IMG/VR virus record: IMGVR_UViG_3300025751_000003
Reading direction: 5' to 3' (one strand)
Length of the DNA: 64,000 nucleotides
Source of the DNA: a virus
Numbering within the stretch: position 1 is the stretch's first letter; each line of letters opens with the position of its first letter. The position numbers and the translations under genes are program-made. This document shows positions 52,101 to 60,717 of the stretch, piece by piece. The notes under the pieces are model-generated. The model was not told the DNA's origin. It saw only the letters and a program-made list of their open reading frames with translations, and made no database searches.

Positions 52101-53355
52101 GCTGGAAAACAACAAGAAGTCACTCGCCGCCTTCACTGAAGGGATGGACGAGCTGACGCAAGAAGCAGCAAAGAACGCTGCTGTTGTTGATGCGCGAGCT
52201 AAACAGCAAGCCCAAATGGATTTCACTGGACTTGGTGGAGGAGGCGAAGGCGATGGCGGTGGAAAGGGTGGGAAGACAACTCCTGCCACATTGCTTGATC
52301 TCACTCGTCAATTAAACAAGGCGAAAGAAGAGGGGCGCCTCATTGATGAAATTCAACTGCAATATCAGATTGATGTGGTCAATGCGAATCAGGAGCAGAA
52401 AGATGCCGTTGGTCGCATGATTGCGCTTGAAGAGGCGCGTCACAAACAGCAAATGGCGCTGCAGGATCTTGGCGAAAAAATCGGCAAGGAGATGTATGAG
52501 CAGATTGAACGCGAGAAAGAAGGACGCCGTGAAGTCAATCGCCTGATGGTTGAAGCCCGTTTTGCGGCGGGCCAGATCACAGCCCAGGAAAGAGATCGCC
52601 TGTTGTTCATTCAGGGGCAGATTGACGCCCTTGATCAATTCAAGAAGATCCCTGGTGTCACGCCTGATGACGTTGCTGCATTTGAGGCTAGGCAGGCGGC
52701 CACGCCTGAGCCCGGCAGCATTGGTGAGCTTTACAAGAACACAAAAGACGAGCTTGACGACCTCACTGACAGCACAAAGTTTCTTGGCGAAGCAGCAAAT
52801 GGCATTGGCAGTGCATTTGCCAAGTCTTTCACTGATATTCTTACTGGCGCTCAAACGTGGAGAGAAGGCCTTGCCGGTGCATTTAAGAGCGTGGCGAGCA
52901 TGTTTGCTGACATGGTTACTCAAATGCTGGCCAAGTGGGCTGCGTTGCAGATCATTGGATTGTTCTCGCCTGGCGGAAATAGTGGTGGCGCCAAACCGCC
53001 TCTCCCAGGGTCTGTAGCCTTAACTGCTGCAAACGGCGCTGTATGGGAAGGTGGTTTCACTCCGTTTGCTAACGGCGGAGTAGTGAAAGGCCCCACTCTT
53101 GGTCTTGTTGGCGAGGGCCGCTTCAATGAAGCAGTCGTACCACTGCCCGACGGCAAGAAGATTCCCGTAGAGCTTGGCGGAGGCGCTGGTAACAATATCT
53201 CCACTAACATTGTTGTCAATATGAACAATGGCCAAGCGAGCAGCCAGATGAGCGGAAGCGGCGGTCAAACGCTCGGTCGCGAAATTGAAGGCGCTGTGCG
53301 CAATGTCATCATGAAAGAAAGCCGTCCAGGCGGCCTCATCTATAGCGGACGCTGA
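49156..53355 (+). CDS. tape measure protein
   Basis: 1399 aa, helical Ala/Gly-rich, with Gly runs. Located between the chaperones and the gpM-like gene. Confidence 0.9.
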   Translation: MAAELRLNVALDLAYFRQQLPKLSQAAAGYRLPLQVKFDARQLRKELNKLTGRREFRINLNDTAIKSALDSTQKLEQALKRLQTASRGAAPVAPIGVQGLSKTASKGGVNKAQIAKLYEALAIAGVEGFQRGVKKNRDEMVAEIGGLSADTISGLLNGLKSGDPKLKAAARSLGSSLINSFKAVLGIASPSREFKYLGEFAAEGFEIGLTQGLKEAEASAMNRMRAMLAALKGEASKFGPALMMASGMGGGQQKGLREALLMAAGMGGLYTPETQGQRMFRQAREGIAGRYGAVPSATFAGGGSGTYNLGRQAIQGPQLPVRGVFDSTPSPPRIAGLLGPSGTAEATRAAALALKELEARARSAARSAAVFAEDAARASRRRGLEVASGQVPLGGGGRYLPPGGGGGGGGRSGGFGGIGPNFGRDLGRGFVGRGGGIAGEIANEFGNATKQVLLFGTAYKALAAITSLPGNIANATASLQSFRNQLEAVTGGGQVMADSLELIESTVARFNVPVQSARDGFVRLYASMKPAGIDLGTINNLFTGLSATASTFGMSADQVDRMTYALAQMASKGQIMTEELKGQLGDVFPQAVSLFAEATGFMNDTMDDAAKSQGMSQFLQALEDGAFKGEKMKQVLSNVGIALKKFEGSADKAAGSFQNQMNKLNNALTGFYESFSPAAGAFLGEFVTPMVQALTEVGDAVKLALSGDEIENNDLAAYFRDELFPQLINIKDGLVTAAQTVGQFAQALAVVLRPLAQLILGNQQFVSVLTRAIVLLGGFRVAAAAVNATGIIPLIRNIIRYNGVFRIFLTQTAAGSSGLTALRNASVATGVGMRQAAVGVRVLATAIRTALVASAIGIALVAISALIEKIMQLKATAESIEGQRGGAGTRIKKAAEMAGTEGMKAEQARVGAEISSREKSIGILERLQQGETISEKERAQLKATGSLPSGLMQTKGGFTAKSISYAGGGAFKEDIAGDVGEVLENNKKSLAAFTEGMDELTQEAAKNAAVVDARAKQQAQMDFTGLGGGGEGDGGGKGGKTTPATLLDLTRQLNKAKEEGRLIDEIQLQYQIDVVNANQEQKDAVGRMIALEEARHKQQMALQDLGEKIGKEMYEQIEREKEGRREVNRLMVEARFAAGQITAQERDRLLFIQGQIDALDQFKKIPGVTPDDVAAFEARQAATPEPGSIGELYKNTKDELDDLTDSTKFLGEAANGIGSAFAKSFTDILTGAQTWREGLAGAFKSVASMFADMVTQMLAKWAALQIIGLFSPGGNSGGAKPPLPGSVALTAANGAVWEGGFTPFANGGVVKGPTLGLVGEGRFNEAVVPLPDGKKIPVELGGGAGNNISTNIVVNMNNGQASSQMSGSGGQTLGREIEGAVRNVIMKESRPGGLIYSGR

Positions 53356-53360
53356 TCACT

Positions 53361-53714
53361 ATGGCACAACCAACTTTCACGCTTGAAGTTGAATATGGGC
53401 TCACTGTTCGCAGAGGCACGCGCGTTAGGCGCGTGCAATTTGGCGATGGCTACGAGCAAGTTGTACCGGATGGTGCCAATACTGACATCAGGAAGTATGA
53501 CATTAGGACCACCCCAATCACTGATGCGCAAGCAGAGGCGTTAGACGATGATTTGTCTGCATTGTCAGGTGATTTCTTTTATTCACAATTCAAGCAAGAT
53601 GATGCAGTGTACAAATATCGCCTTGATCCAAATGAATGGTCTTGGGAATGTTCAGGTCCAGATGTGAACATTATTTCTTTTTCGTGTAAGCGCGTGTACG
53701 ATTCCAGGGATTAA
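53361..53714 (+). CDS. lambda gpM-like minor tail protein
   Basis: VRRVQFGDGYEQVVPDGANTD aligns with lambda M VRKVRFGDGYSQRAPAGLN. Confidence 0.8.
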   Translation: MAQPTFTLEVEYGLTVRRGTRVRRVQFGDGYEQVVPDGANTDIRKYDIRTTPITDAQAEALDDDLSALSGDFFYSQFKQDDAVYKYRLDPNEWSWECSGPDVNIISFSCKRVYDSRD

Positions 53715-53716
53715 TT

Positions 53717-55072
53717 ATGACCATTCAATCTGATGTATCGCAGACGTGGCATGATGCCATCATCGAGCTATTTGAACTGGATCTGTCAACCATCACTAGA
53801 AGCGCAGGAGATAAGTATTATTTCACGGCCAATCTCATGCCTGATAATACAAAAATTTCGTGGAAGGGAATTACTTACGAGCCGCTCCCCATTGCAGCAA
53901 CTGGATTTGAGCGTACTACAAAAGGGCAAATCCCTACTCCCGAGTTGACGGTGGCCAATGTCTTGGGGACGTTGGCTTCAGTGGTCAATACGTTAGATGA
54001 CTTAGTGGGCGCAAAAGTAACAAGGCGCCGCACCTTGTTGAAGTACTTAGATGGTGGGGCCTCGCCAGATCCATCACAAGAATTTCCAGATGACATATTT
54101 TATGTGGAGCGTAAAATTGCAGAAAGTAGCATTACCATTACATGGCAACTTGCCAGCAAAATTGACCTAGAGGGACTGCAATTACCGCGAAGAATTATTA
54201 CGCAAAATTATTGTTTGTGGAAGTTTCGCGGCTCAGAGTGCGGTTACAACGGCGTGGCCGTTGCTGACCAATTCGACCAGTCAATAGTCACTGGCGGGGC
54301 GTCCTCTCCAGAAGGCAGTGCGTATATTGACGCATTTAATGCATTTACTGCGGCGAAAGCAAAACTTGCCACCGCGGAAGCCATCAAGAATAAGCTGTTT
54401 GCTCAAAAAGAAACTGCATGTGATGCGTCATCTCCAGAAACGTATGGAGCCAATTTTGTCTTCAAGAGGGGCGGTGATGTTGATATAACTTTTTTCATTC
54501 AGACCGAAGATGCAGCGATTGCTGTGTGGGATGGCAACAATGTAAGCATTTCGGGATTCAACCCCAATTACAGCCCTGGTTACAAGCAAAACACAGGACG
54601 AGGGCCAGGCGAAGAGAAAAATGGAACAGGGGAGGTCTACGCTGTTGAGCGTAATGGCATTACTCTTCCATTTAACGATTCAACTTTCGCAATGAAGGAT
54701 GAAGATCAGCAGCCAATATTTATTGTTAGCGGCCAGGTGGTAGTAAGTAGCGGGTTTGTTTCTTATAGTCTTGGCGACTATGCAAGTCCAGGCTTCGCTC
54801 CCATGAGAAGCCTGGCTTCCGTGGAATATGGTGCAGCGCAATGTGCCAGTAAGACGGCAGAATATGATGCTGCATTAAGCCTGTATAACGATGCTCTTGA
54901 TGAATTCAATGCTGCGCAGGCGGCTCTTAATGCCGCCTACGCGGCATTGCCTCCTGGGGATGATATTTTGAAGCGTGACCGCTGCGGAAAACGGTTGCAA
55001 AGTTGCCGCTTGAGATTCACTAATGGCAACTTACCATTTGGTGGATTTCCTGGCGCCAACTTGGTAAGATGA
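53717..55072 (+). CDS. lambda gpL-like tail tip protein with a large internal insertion
   Basis: IIELFELDL...YYF, WKGITYEPLPI..GFE, NYCLWKFRGSECGYNGVAVADQFDQ and CGKRLQSCRLRF..GNLPFGGFPG match gpL. The protein is 451 aa against about 230. Confidence 0.8.
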   Translation: MTIQSDVSQTWHDAIIELFELDLSTITRSAGDKYYFTANLMPDNTKISWKGITYEPLPIAATGFERTTKGQIPTPELTVANVLGTLASVVNTLDDLVGAKVTRRRTLLKYLDGGASPDPSQEFPDDIFYVERKIAESSITITWQLASKIDLEGLQLPRRIITQNYCLWKFRGSECGYNGVAVADQFDQSIVTGGASSPEGSAYIDAFNAFTAAKAKLATAEAIKNKLFAQKETACDASSPETYGANFVFKRGGDVDITFFIQTEDAAIAVWDGNNVSISGFNPNYSPGYKQNTGRGPGEEKNGTGEVYAVERNGITLPFNDSTFAMKDEDQQPIFIVSGQVVVSSGFVSYSLGDYASPGFAPMRSLASVEYGAAQCASKTAEYDAALSLYNDALDEFNAAQAALNAAYAALPPGDDILKRDRCGKRLQSCRLRFTNGNLPFGGFPGANLVR

Positions 55073-55776
55073 TTCCACTTTCAATTAAACAGGCTATTGC
55101 AGGAGAAGCCCGCAAGGCTTCTCCTAATGAATGTTGCGGATTGATTGTCAATGGGGCGATTGTTTCTTGTCACAATTCATCCCCATCGCCTTCCGATTAT
55201 TTCACGATTACTGCCGAAGACTACATAAAAGCTTCTGCGATGGGAGAAGTGGAGGCGGTGTATCATTCGCACGTTGGTGGCACAAGGGGCTTTTCACGGC
55301 CCGATATAGCGGCATGCAAACAAAGCAATGTGCCGTGGATTGTTTTCCATGCACCATCGGGAGATTTTTTCTACGCTGACCCCACTGGAGGCGCCCCTTA
55401 TGAGGGGCGCCAATGGACTTATGGCATTCATGATTGCTATGCCATTGTGAGAGATTTTTACAAGAGGGAGCTTGGTATTGAGCTTGACGATTTTAAGCGG
55501 GGAGATGAAATGGAATGGGAAAACAAGGGTTGGACTATGTTCGTTGATAATTATTCTCGGCAAGGGTTTTACGAGATAGAAAGCCCGGAGCAGAAAGGAG
55601 ATATTTTGTTAATGCAAGTTGGCGCCCCATCTCCGAATCATGTGGGAGTAATGACAGGGCAAGACAATTCTTTTTATCACCACTTAATGGACAGGTTGTC
55701 AGAGAAAAGTGTTTATGGAGGTTATTGGGCTAAAGTAACAACTAAGACGCTGAGGCATGAGGGCGCAAGAGCATGA
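55069..55776 (+). CDS. lambda gpK-like protein (MPN/JAB + NlpC/P60)
   Basis: NECCGLIV..., HSHV (JAB-like) and GDILLMQV...NHVGVM (NlpC/P60-like). Confidence 0.8.
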   Translation: MIPLSIKQAIAGEARKASPNECCGLIVNGAIVSCHNSSPSPSDYFTITAEDYIKASAMGEVEAVYHSHVGGTRGFSRPDIAACKQSNVPWIVFHAPSGDFFYADPTGGAPYEGRQWTYGIHDCYAIVRDFYKRELGIELDDFKRGDEMEWENKGWTMFVDNYSRQGFYEIESPEQKGDILLMQVGAPSPNHVGVMTGQDNSFYHHLMDRLSEKSVYGGYWAKVTTKTLRHEGARA

Positions 55777-56414
55777 AGCGGCGGATGGTAGAAGTGAAGC
55801 TTCTTGGGGAGTTGGGACGCCGTTTCGGGAGGTCGTATAAGTTCATGGTGCGCAATCCACGAGATGTTATTTCTGCGTTGTCTAACCAGCTCGATGGGTT
55901 TAAGGACTATCTTTGTGGCGCCCATGAAAATGGAATGGGCTTCAAGCTTGTTGACGAAGATCCAGAAGGAATGAATTATGACGGCGTGATGATGAGCTGC
56001 AAACAGCTTATCATTGCTCCTGTTATTGCTGGATCTGGGGGGAAGGGGATGTCGATCGGCCAGATTTTATTGGGCGCAGCACTGATTGGTTTGGCATTCA
56101 TTCCAGGCATTGGCACGGTTGCCGCAGGGGGTGGACTTGCCGCAGCAGGTGCAACTGTCGGAAGCCTCTCCAGTGTTGGCACCGTACTGTTTGGGCTTGG
56201 CGCAAGCCTGCTTTTAACTGGGATCGCTGGCCTCCTCACGCCACCAATTCAAACACCTGGCACTGATTCAAAGAAGAAAGACAGCTTTATGTTTGATCGG
56301 GCCGTGGAGCTTACCACCCAGGGCTACCCCATTCCGCTGCTGTATGGGCGATATTTGGCCGTTTCGCCATTGGTTATTTCCTCTTCAATCAGCACTGAAA
56401 ACATCTCAGCGTAG
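55773..56414 (+). CDS. lambda gpI-like tail assembly protein
   Basis: VEVKLLGELGRRFGRSYKF N-terminus and a Gly-rich hydrophobic segment. Confidence 0.75.
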   Translation: MKRRMVEVKLLGELGRRFGRSYKFMVRNPRDVISALSNQLDGFKDYLCGAHENGMGFKLVDEDPEGMNYDGVMMSCKQLIIAPVIAGSGGKGMSIGQILLGAALIGLAFIPGIGTVAAGGGLAAAGATVGSLSSVGTVLFGLGASLLLTGIAGLLTPPIQTPGTDSKKKDSFMFDRAVELTTQGYPIPLLYGRYLAVSPLVISSSISTENISA

Positions 56415-56416
56415 CA

Positions 56417-58396
56417 ATGAAGGACAACCTCACTGGCGAAGTTCAGCAATGGTCAATTAGCGGTGCTGGCGGCAAAGGTGCTGGCGAAGGCCCCGTTGAA
56501 GATCCAGACACTTTGCGAAGCAAGGCTCAAGCAAAGGTGTTGGCACTTTTTAGCGAGGGAGAAGTGCAGGGTTTTCCCAGTAATTTTTCTGCCGAGCAAA
56601 GAGGGCAAAGAATCTTCTTGAATGATACGCCTCTTGTTAATCCAGATGGCAGTAAAAATTTTGAAGGTGCCAGCATTTCTTTTGCTACTGGCACGCAGGC
56701 ACAGTCGTCATTGCCGGGATTTAATGATGTGCGCATCGAGCAATCAGTGGGCATCAAAGTACAAAATCGCATTGGACCAGTATCTGCAACTACAACCAGT
56801 TCCACATTGAGCAAATTGGTTGTGCGAGTGGGAGTGGCATCACTGTTCCGCGTAGAAGAAGAGAGTGGTGATGTTAAAGGGAGTGAGGTGAAATTTACTA
56901 TTCAAATTATTGATGCTCTTGGTTCGACAATTAAAATCAGAGGCGAAAGTATCAAGGGTAAGTCGAGGGGGCCTTATGACGCGGAATATGAATTTAGCCT
57001 TTCTGGCACTGGGCCATGGACTGTAAAGGTGAGAAGAGATACAGGCGATCCTGACAATTTAAAAATCAATGATGATTTCTATTTCAAGGCGATTGTCGGC
57101 ATCATTGAAAATACATTGCGCTATCCCAATTCGGCGCTGATGGGGTTTAATGTTTCTTCTGAATTTTTTGATAGTGTGCCAAAAATTTCCGCTGAGTTGC
57201 TTGGCATCAAAATACAAGTGCCAACAATTTATGACGGAGCCTCTAACACCTATTCGGGAGTGTGGGATGGAAGCTTTAAGACAGAGGCAAATAACAATCC
57301 TGTATGGGTGTTTTATGACCTCTTGACGAACTCTCGCTATGGCTGTGGCGATTTTATTGATAAAGAAGATATTGACATTTACTCTCTTCTTCCTATTGCC
57401 AAGTATTGCGATGAGATAGTTTCTGATGGTCGAGGCGGAACGGAAAAGCGTTTCACTTTTAATGGCTACATCAACAATCGTGGTGACGCCTATGAGGTGC
57501 TGAATTCGTTGGCGGCGGCATTTCGCGGGATGATTTATTACGCGCAAGGGCAAATTATTGCCACTCAGGATCGCCAAGCTTCAGCAGTGAAGCAGTTTTC
57601 TCCCGCCAATGTCATTGTTGAGGTGTCTGATGGTGGGGAACTGACAAAGCCAGCTTTTGTTTATGAGGGTACTGGCCTTAAGGCACGAAAAACCGTTGCA
57701 CTGGTGTCATGGAATGATAAGGATGATCGCTACAAGGCAAAGATTGAATATGTAGAAGATAGAGATGGCATTGATCGGTATGGCTATCGCGAGCTTGAGG
57801 TGAGAGCACTTGGCTGTACGTCTCAAGGGCAAGCCCAGCGCGTAGGGCGTTGGGCGCTAGTTACCAATCTGAATGAAACGGAAACTGTTACCTTTAAGGT
57901 GGCAGCAGAAGGTTTCTTTTTGATGCCTGGTGAAGTTATTGAAATTGCAGACCCCTATAAAAGCGTGGGCATTTACGCGGGTATGCTTGCTGCTGTGGGA
58001 ACAAGTGCAGTGGTACTTGACAGAGAAGTGTCCCTAGAAGTCAATAAAACTTATGAAATCATCATTCGCACTGGGGATGGTCTTGACCTTGTGGCGACTG
58101 TTACAAGCAGTCCAGGATCCACCGACAACATTACTTTCTCTCCATCGTTCACCGAGGAGCCTGCGCTGCCAGCAGCATGGATCATTCGCGAGGCAGGAGT
58201 AACACCACGCAAATATCGAGTGATTGGACTGAATGAGGACGATAATGTCATAACAGTGTTGGCATCTGCTTACTATGAAGATAAATATGCAATTGTTGAT
58301 GATTTCACGAAGCTTTCTTCTGAGACCACATCAATTGCAGGCCTAGCCATCACCCCAATGGTTAGTGCTGGCAGTGTTGTACTAAAGGTCACCTAA
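56417..58396 (+). CDS. lambda gpJ-like tip/host-specificity protein, N-terminal portion only
   Basis: GGKGAGEGPVEDPDTLRSKAQAKVLALFSEGEVQG matches the J N-terminus. The protein is 659 aa against about 1130. Confidence 0.8.
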   Translation: MKDNLTGEVQQWSISGAGGKGAGEGPVEDPDTLRSKAQAKVLALFSEGEVQGFPSNFSAEQRGQRIFLNDTPLVNPDGSKNFEGASISFATGTQAQSSLPGFNDVRIEQSVGIKVQNRIGPVSATTTSSTLSKLVVRVGVASLFRVEEESGDVKGSEVKFTIQIIDALGSTIKIRGESIKGKSRGPYDAEYEFSLSGTGPWTVKVRRDTGDPDNLKINDDFYFKAIVGIIENTLRYPNSALMGFNVSSEFFDSVPKISAELLGIKIQVPTIYDGASNTYSGVWDGSFKTEANNNPVWVFYDLLTNSRYGCGDFIDKEDIDIYSLLPIAKYCDEIVSDGRGGTEKRFTFNGYINNRGDAYEVLNSLAAAFRGMIYYAQGQIIATQDRQASAVKQFSPANVIVEVSDGGELTKPAFVYEGTGLKARKTVALVSWNDKDDRYKAKIEYVEDRDGIDRYGYRELEVRALGCTSQGQAQRVGRWALVTNLNETETVTFKVAAEGFFLMPGEVIEIADPYKSVGIYAGMLAAVGTSAVVLDREVSLEVNKTYEIIIRTGDGLDLVATVTSSPGSTDNITFSPSFTEEPALPAAWIIREAGVTPRKYRVIGLNEDDNVITVLASAYYEDKYAIVDDFTKLSSETTSIAGLAITPMVSAGSVVLKVT

Positions 58397-58791
58397 TGGC
58401 GCAAATTGAAGTGACATGGAAATGGCCGCAATACAGCGGGTATTCCATTTTGAATGCCATTAATCCTGCAATATGCTGGCATGAGCCGCGAAACAATCCA
58501 CTTATCAAGGAGTTTGCTGTAGAGCTATATCGCGAAGAGGATGACCGATGGGTGGACCTTGGCCGCACCACTGCTGATTACGTGCGTATTGATTCGCAGG
58601 ATTACGATATACGAACGTCTTATCAGATAAGGATTGCTACAATCGGGATAAATAGGCGGCAGTCGCCATGGTCTTATAGCCAGCGATTTGTTGCATCGCC
58701 ATTGAGATTTGATTTCACGTCGCCCGACACTGTGCGACTTCCTGATGGCTCTTCTAAATTAAACCAGCGTCTGCTGTTTTTGCTTTTTTAA
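58396..58791 (+). CDS. FN3-like domain protein (separate ORF)
   Basis: TAATG junction. VTWKWP...YELYREEDDRWVDLGRT...YQIRIATI follows an FN3 pattern. Confidence 0.45.
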   Translation: MAQIEVTWKWPQYSGYSILNAINPAICWHEPRNNPLIKEFAVELYREEDDRWVDLGRTTADYVRIDSQDYDIRTSYQIRIATIGINRRQSPWSYSQRFVASPLRFDFTSPDTVRLPDGSSKLNQRLLFLLF

Positions 58792-58793
58792 TC

Positions 58794-59201
58794 ATGGCAC
58801 TGTTTGGTCTTGATGCCGCTGGTAATTCTGCCTATGTACAGGCGGTCGGTAATGGCGCGGAAAGCACGCCTTACATCTTGCAACACGATATTTTGCCGTC
58901 TGGCATCAAGAGCGCATGGGTGGCGAGTACTAGCGGAGAAGTGGTGGTATCTGGCGTAGCTACGAAAGAGCTGCGAGTGTTAAACGTGGCCATCACGGCA
59001 ACAAGCGGAGGCACTGTTCAGTTCCGAAGCGGCGCCTCTGGCACCACATTGACACCTGCGTTCCCCGTGTACGCATCAGGCACCCCGTTGTCATTTGGCA
59101 GTCCGATGGGGCTGTTCCAGACCACCGCTGGAGAAGGCTTGCAAACGGTCGTCAGTAGTGGCATTGAATACCAGGCCTTGATCACCTATCGCGAGGTGTA
59201 A
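58794..59201 (+). CDS. hypothetical tail-tip protein
   Basis: 135 aa, beta-rich. Confidence 0.45.
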   Translation: MALFGLDAAGNSAYVQAVGNGAESTPYILQHDILPSGIKSAWVASTSGEVVVSGVATKELRVLNVAITATSGGTVQFRSGASGTTLTPAFPVYASGTPLSFGSPMGLFQTTAGEGLQTVVSSGIEYQALITYREV

Positions 59202-59203
59202 GG

Positions 59204-60034
59204 ATGACACGCATTGTTGGCTTTCTAGAAGGGGCCAGCGGGCCTCTTAGCGGACGACTCTACGTGAAGGCAGGGGGCGCCTTCATTGGCGCCCCTGCTA
59301 AGGATTTGTCCTTCAAGGTGGAGGATGGCATTGTCGATGTGGAGCTACCTCCATGCCCTCCTGGTATGCCCTACTTTGTCGACTGGAAGGATACGGGTGA
59401 CATTAGCCGCTTGAAGTATGTGGAGCGTTGGCGCGTGCCCGCTGCTCCTGAAGTGAGCATTGAAGAAGTGCGTGGTCTTGTTAAGTCGCGCCCTGGTCGT
59501 GCGCAAGCAGCGAGCAAGAAAGGCGAGCTGCTTGAGGCCAAGATGCTCAAGAATGAAATTAACGAGCTGACGGCAAGTCTGCAGCGGCTTGAGCAGGAGA
59601 ATGCCAAGCTCTTGCGTGAAGTGACGGACGCTGAGAGCAAGGCCGCAGCAGCGCAGGCCAAGAGTGCTTCGATGGTGTCGGAGTTGACAAGTGCCAAGCG
59701 TGACGCCATTGACGCTCGCCTTTCTCAACAGGAAGTAGTTATTGAGAAGGTAGTAGAGAGGACTGTCACTCCTGCTGACATTCAAGAAACAATTAGCGAC
59801 TATCGCCAGCGCCTGGAGCTAATGGCGCGTGAAAACGAAGCATTAAAAAAGGAAGTAGAGGACGCATTCTCGCTTACCACGCATTATGCAAGTCTCCATT
59901 CGCAAATTGATAGACTGACGATGGAGAAGCATCAGCTTCTATCTCGCATCGATGAATTGAAGCGTCCCAAGCGCAGCACAACGTCGTTGCGTAACGAAGC
60001 TATTGCAAACCTCGACCGTCTTATTAGTGGCTGA
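59204..60034 (+). CDS. coiled-coil fibre-like protein
   Basis: N-terminal beta domain followed by a long heptad region (LLEAKMLKNEINELTASLQRLEQENAKLLREV...). Confidence 0.5.
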   Translation: MTRIVGFLEGASGPLSGRLYVKAGGAFIGAPAKDLSFKVEDGIVDVELPPCPPGMPYFVDWKDTGDISRLKYVERWRVPAAPEVSIEEVRGLVKSRPGRAQAASKKGELLEAKMLKNEINELTASLQRLEQENAKLLREVTDAESKAAAAQAKSASMVSELTSAKRDAIDARLSQQEVVIEKVVERTVTPADIQETISDYRQRLELMARENEALKKEVEDAFSLTTHYASLHSQIDRLTMEKHQLLSRIDELKRPKRSTTSLRNEAIANLDRLISG

Positions 60035-60711
60035 TGGAAAGCATTAACGTAACCGTGAGGGAAGGTGACAGCTTTGATGAGCTGTACCTTGCTTTCCAGA
60101 AGCCTCTTGGCACCTATCGGGATTTCACCAATTCCGAAGTGATTGCACAGATTAAAGAGACGTTTGGCGGCGATGTAATTGACACGTTCAATATTACAAA
60201 GCTTGCCGCTACTGGCCATTTGAAGCTTGCACTGTCTTCTGCTCAAACAGAGGCTTTGCGCCGCAATATTGCAAGTGGTTATGACGAGCGCGTCATCACT
60301 TATGACGTGGGAAGGCAGGCCGCTGACCCTGCCGACATTGGCGCTCTCTATCTGTGGGACTTGAAAGAGCTGTACTACGTGGAAGAGGGCGGCGGCATTG
60401 TTCAAATGGTGCAAGGGACAATAATTGATCCCCTGCTGCTCACATATCGCGTGCGTGTAACTACAGTTGATCGCCATAATCTTGGCCCTTCTGACATTAT
60501 TCGCATTGCTGGAACTAGCGTGGCTGGCTACAATGCTACTTACACCGCAAACACGCTAGATATCATTGACGAGCGAACTTTTGAAATATTGCCCGTCAAT
60601 AACGTGCCTGTATTTAGCGCTAATTCTTTTGGAGGTACTCTACGAGTGCTGAAAGAAGATACGATTGTATTAGGCACACTGCAGGTTAAGCCCCGCATCA
60701 CATCGATTTAA
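60034..60711 (+). CDS. hypothetical tail-associated protein
   Basis: 225 aa with an ATGA-type junction. Confidence 0.5.
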   Translation: MESINVTVREGDSFDELYLAFQKPLGTYRDFTNSEVIAQIKETFGGDVIDTFNITKLAATGHLKLALSSAQTEALRRNIASGYDERVITYDVGRQAADPADIGALYLWDLKELYYVEEGGGIVQMVQGTIIDPLLLTYRVRVTTVDRHNLGPSDIIRIAGTSVAGYNATYTANTLDIIDERTFEILPVNNVPVFSANSFGGTLRVLKEDTIVLGTLQVKPRITSI

Positions 60712-60717
60712 GGAATC

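Noticed and set aside
50905-52923. Minus-strand ORFs of 323 aa and 203 aa inside the tape measure gene.
   Set aside because: They are antisense shadows of a long Ala/Gly/Lys-rich gene, with Cys/Ser/His-rich junk composition.
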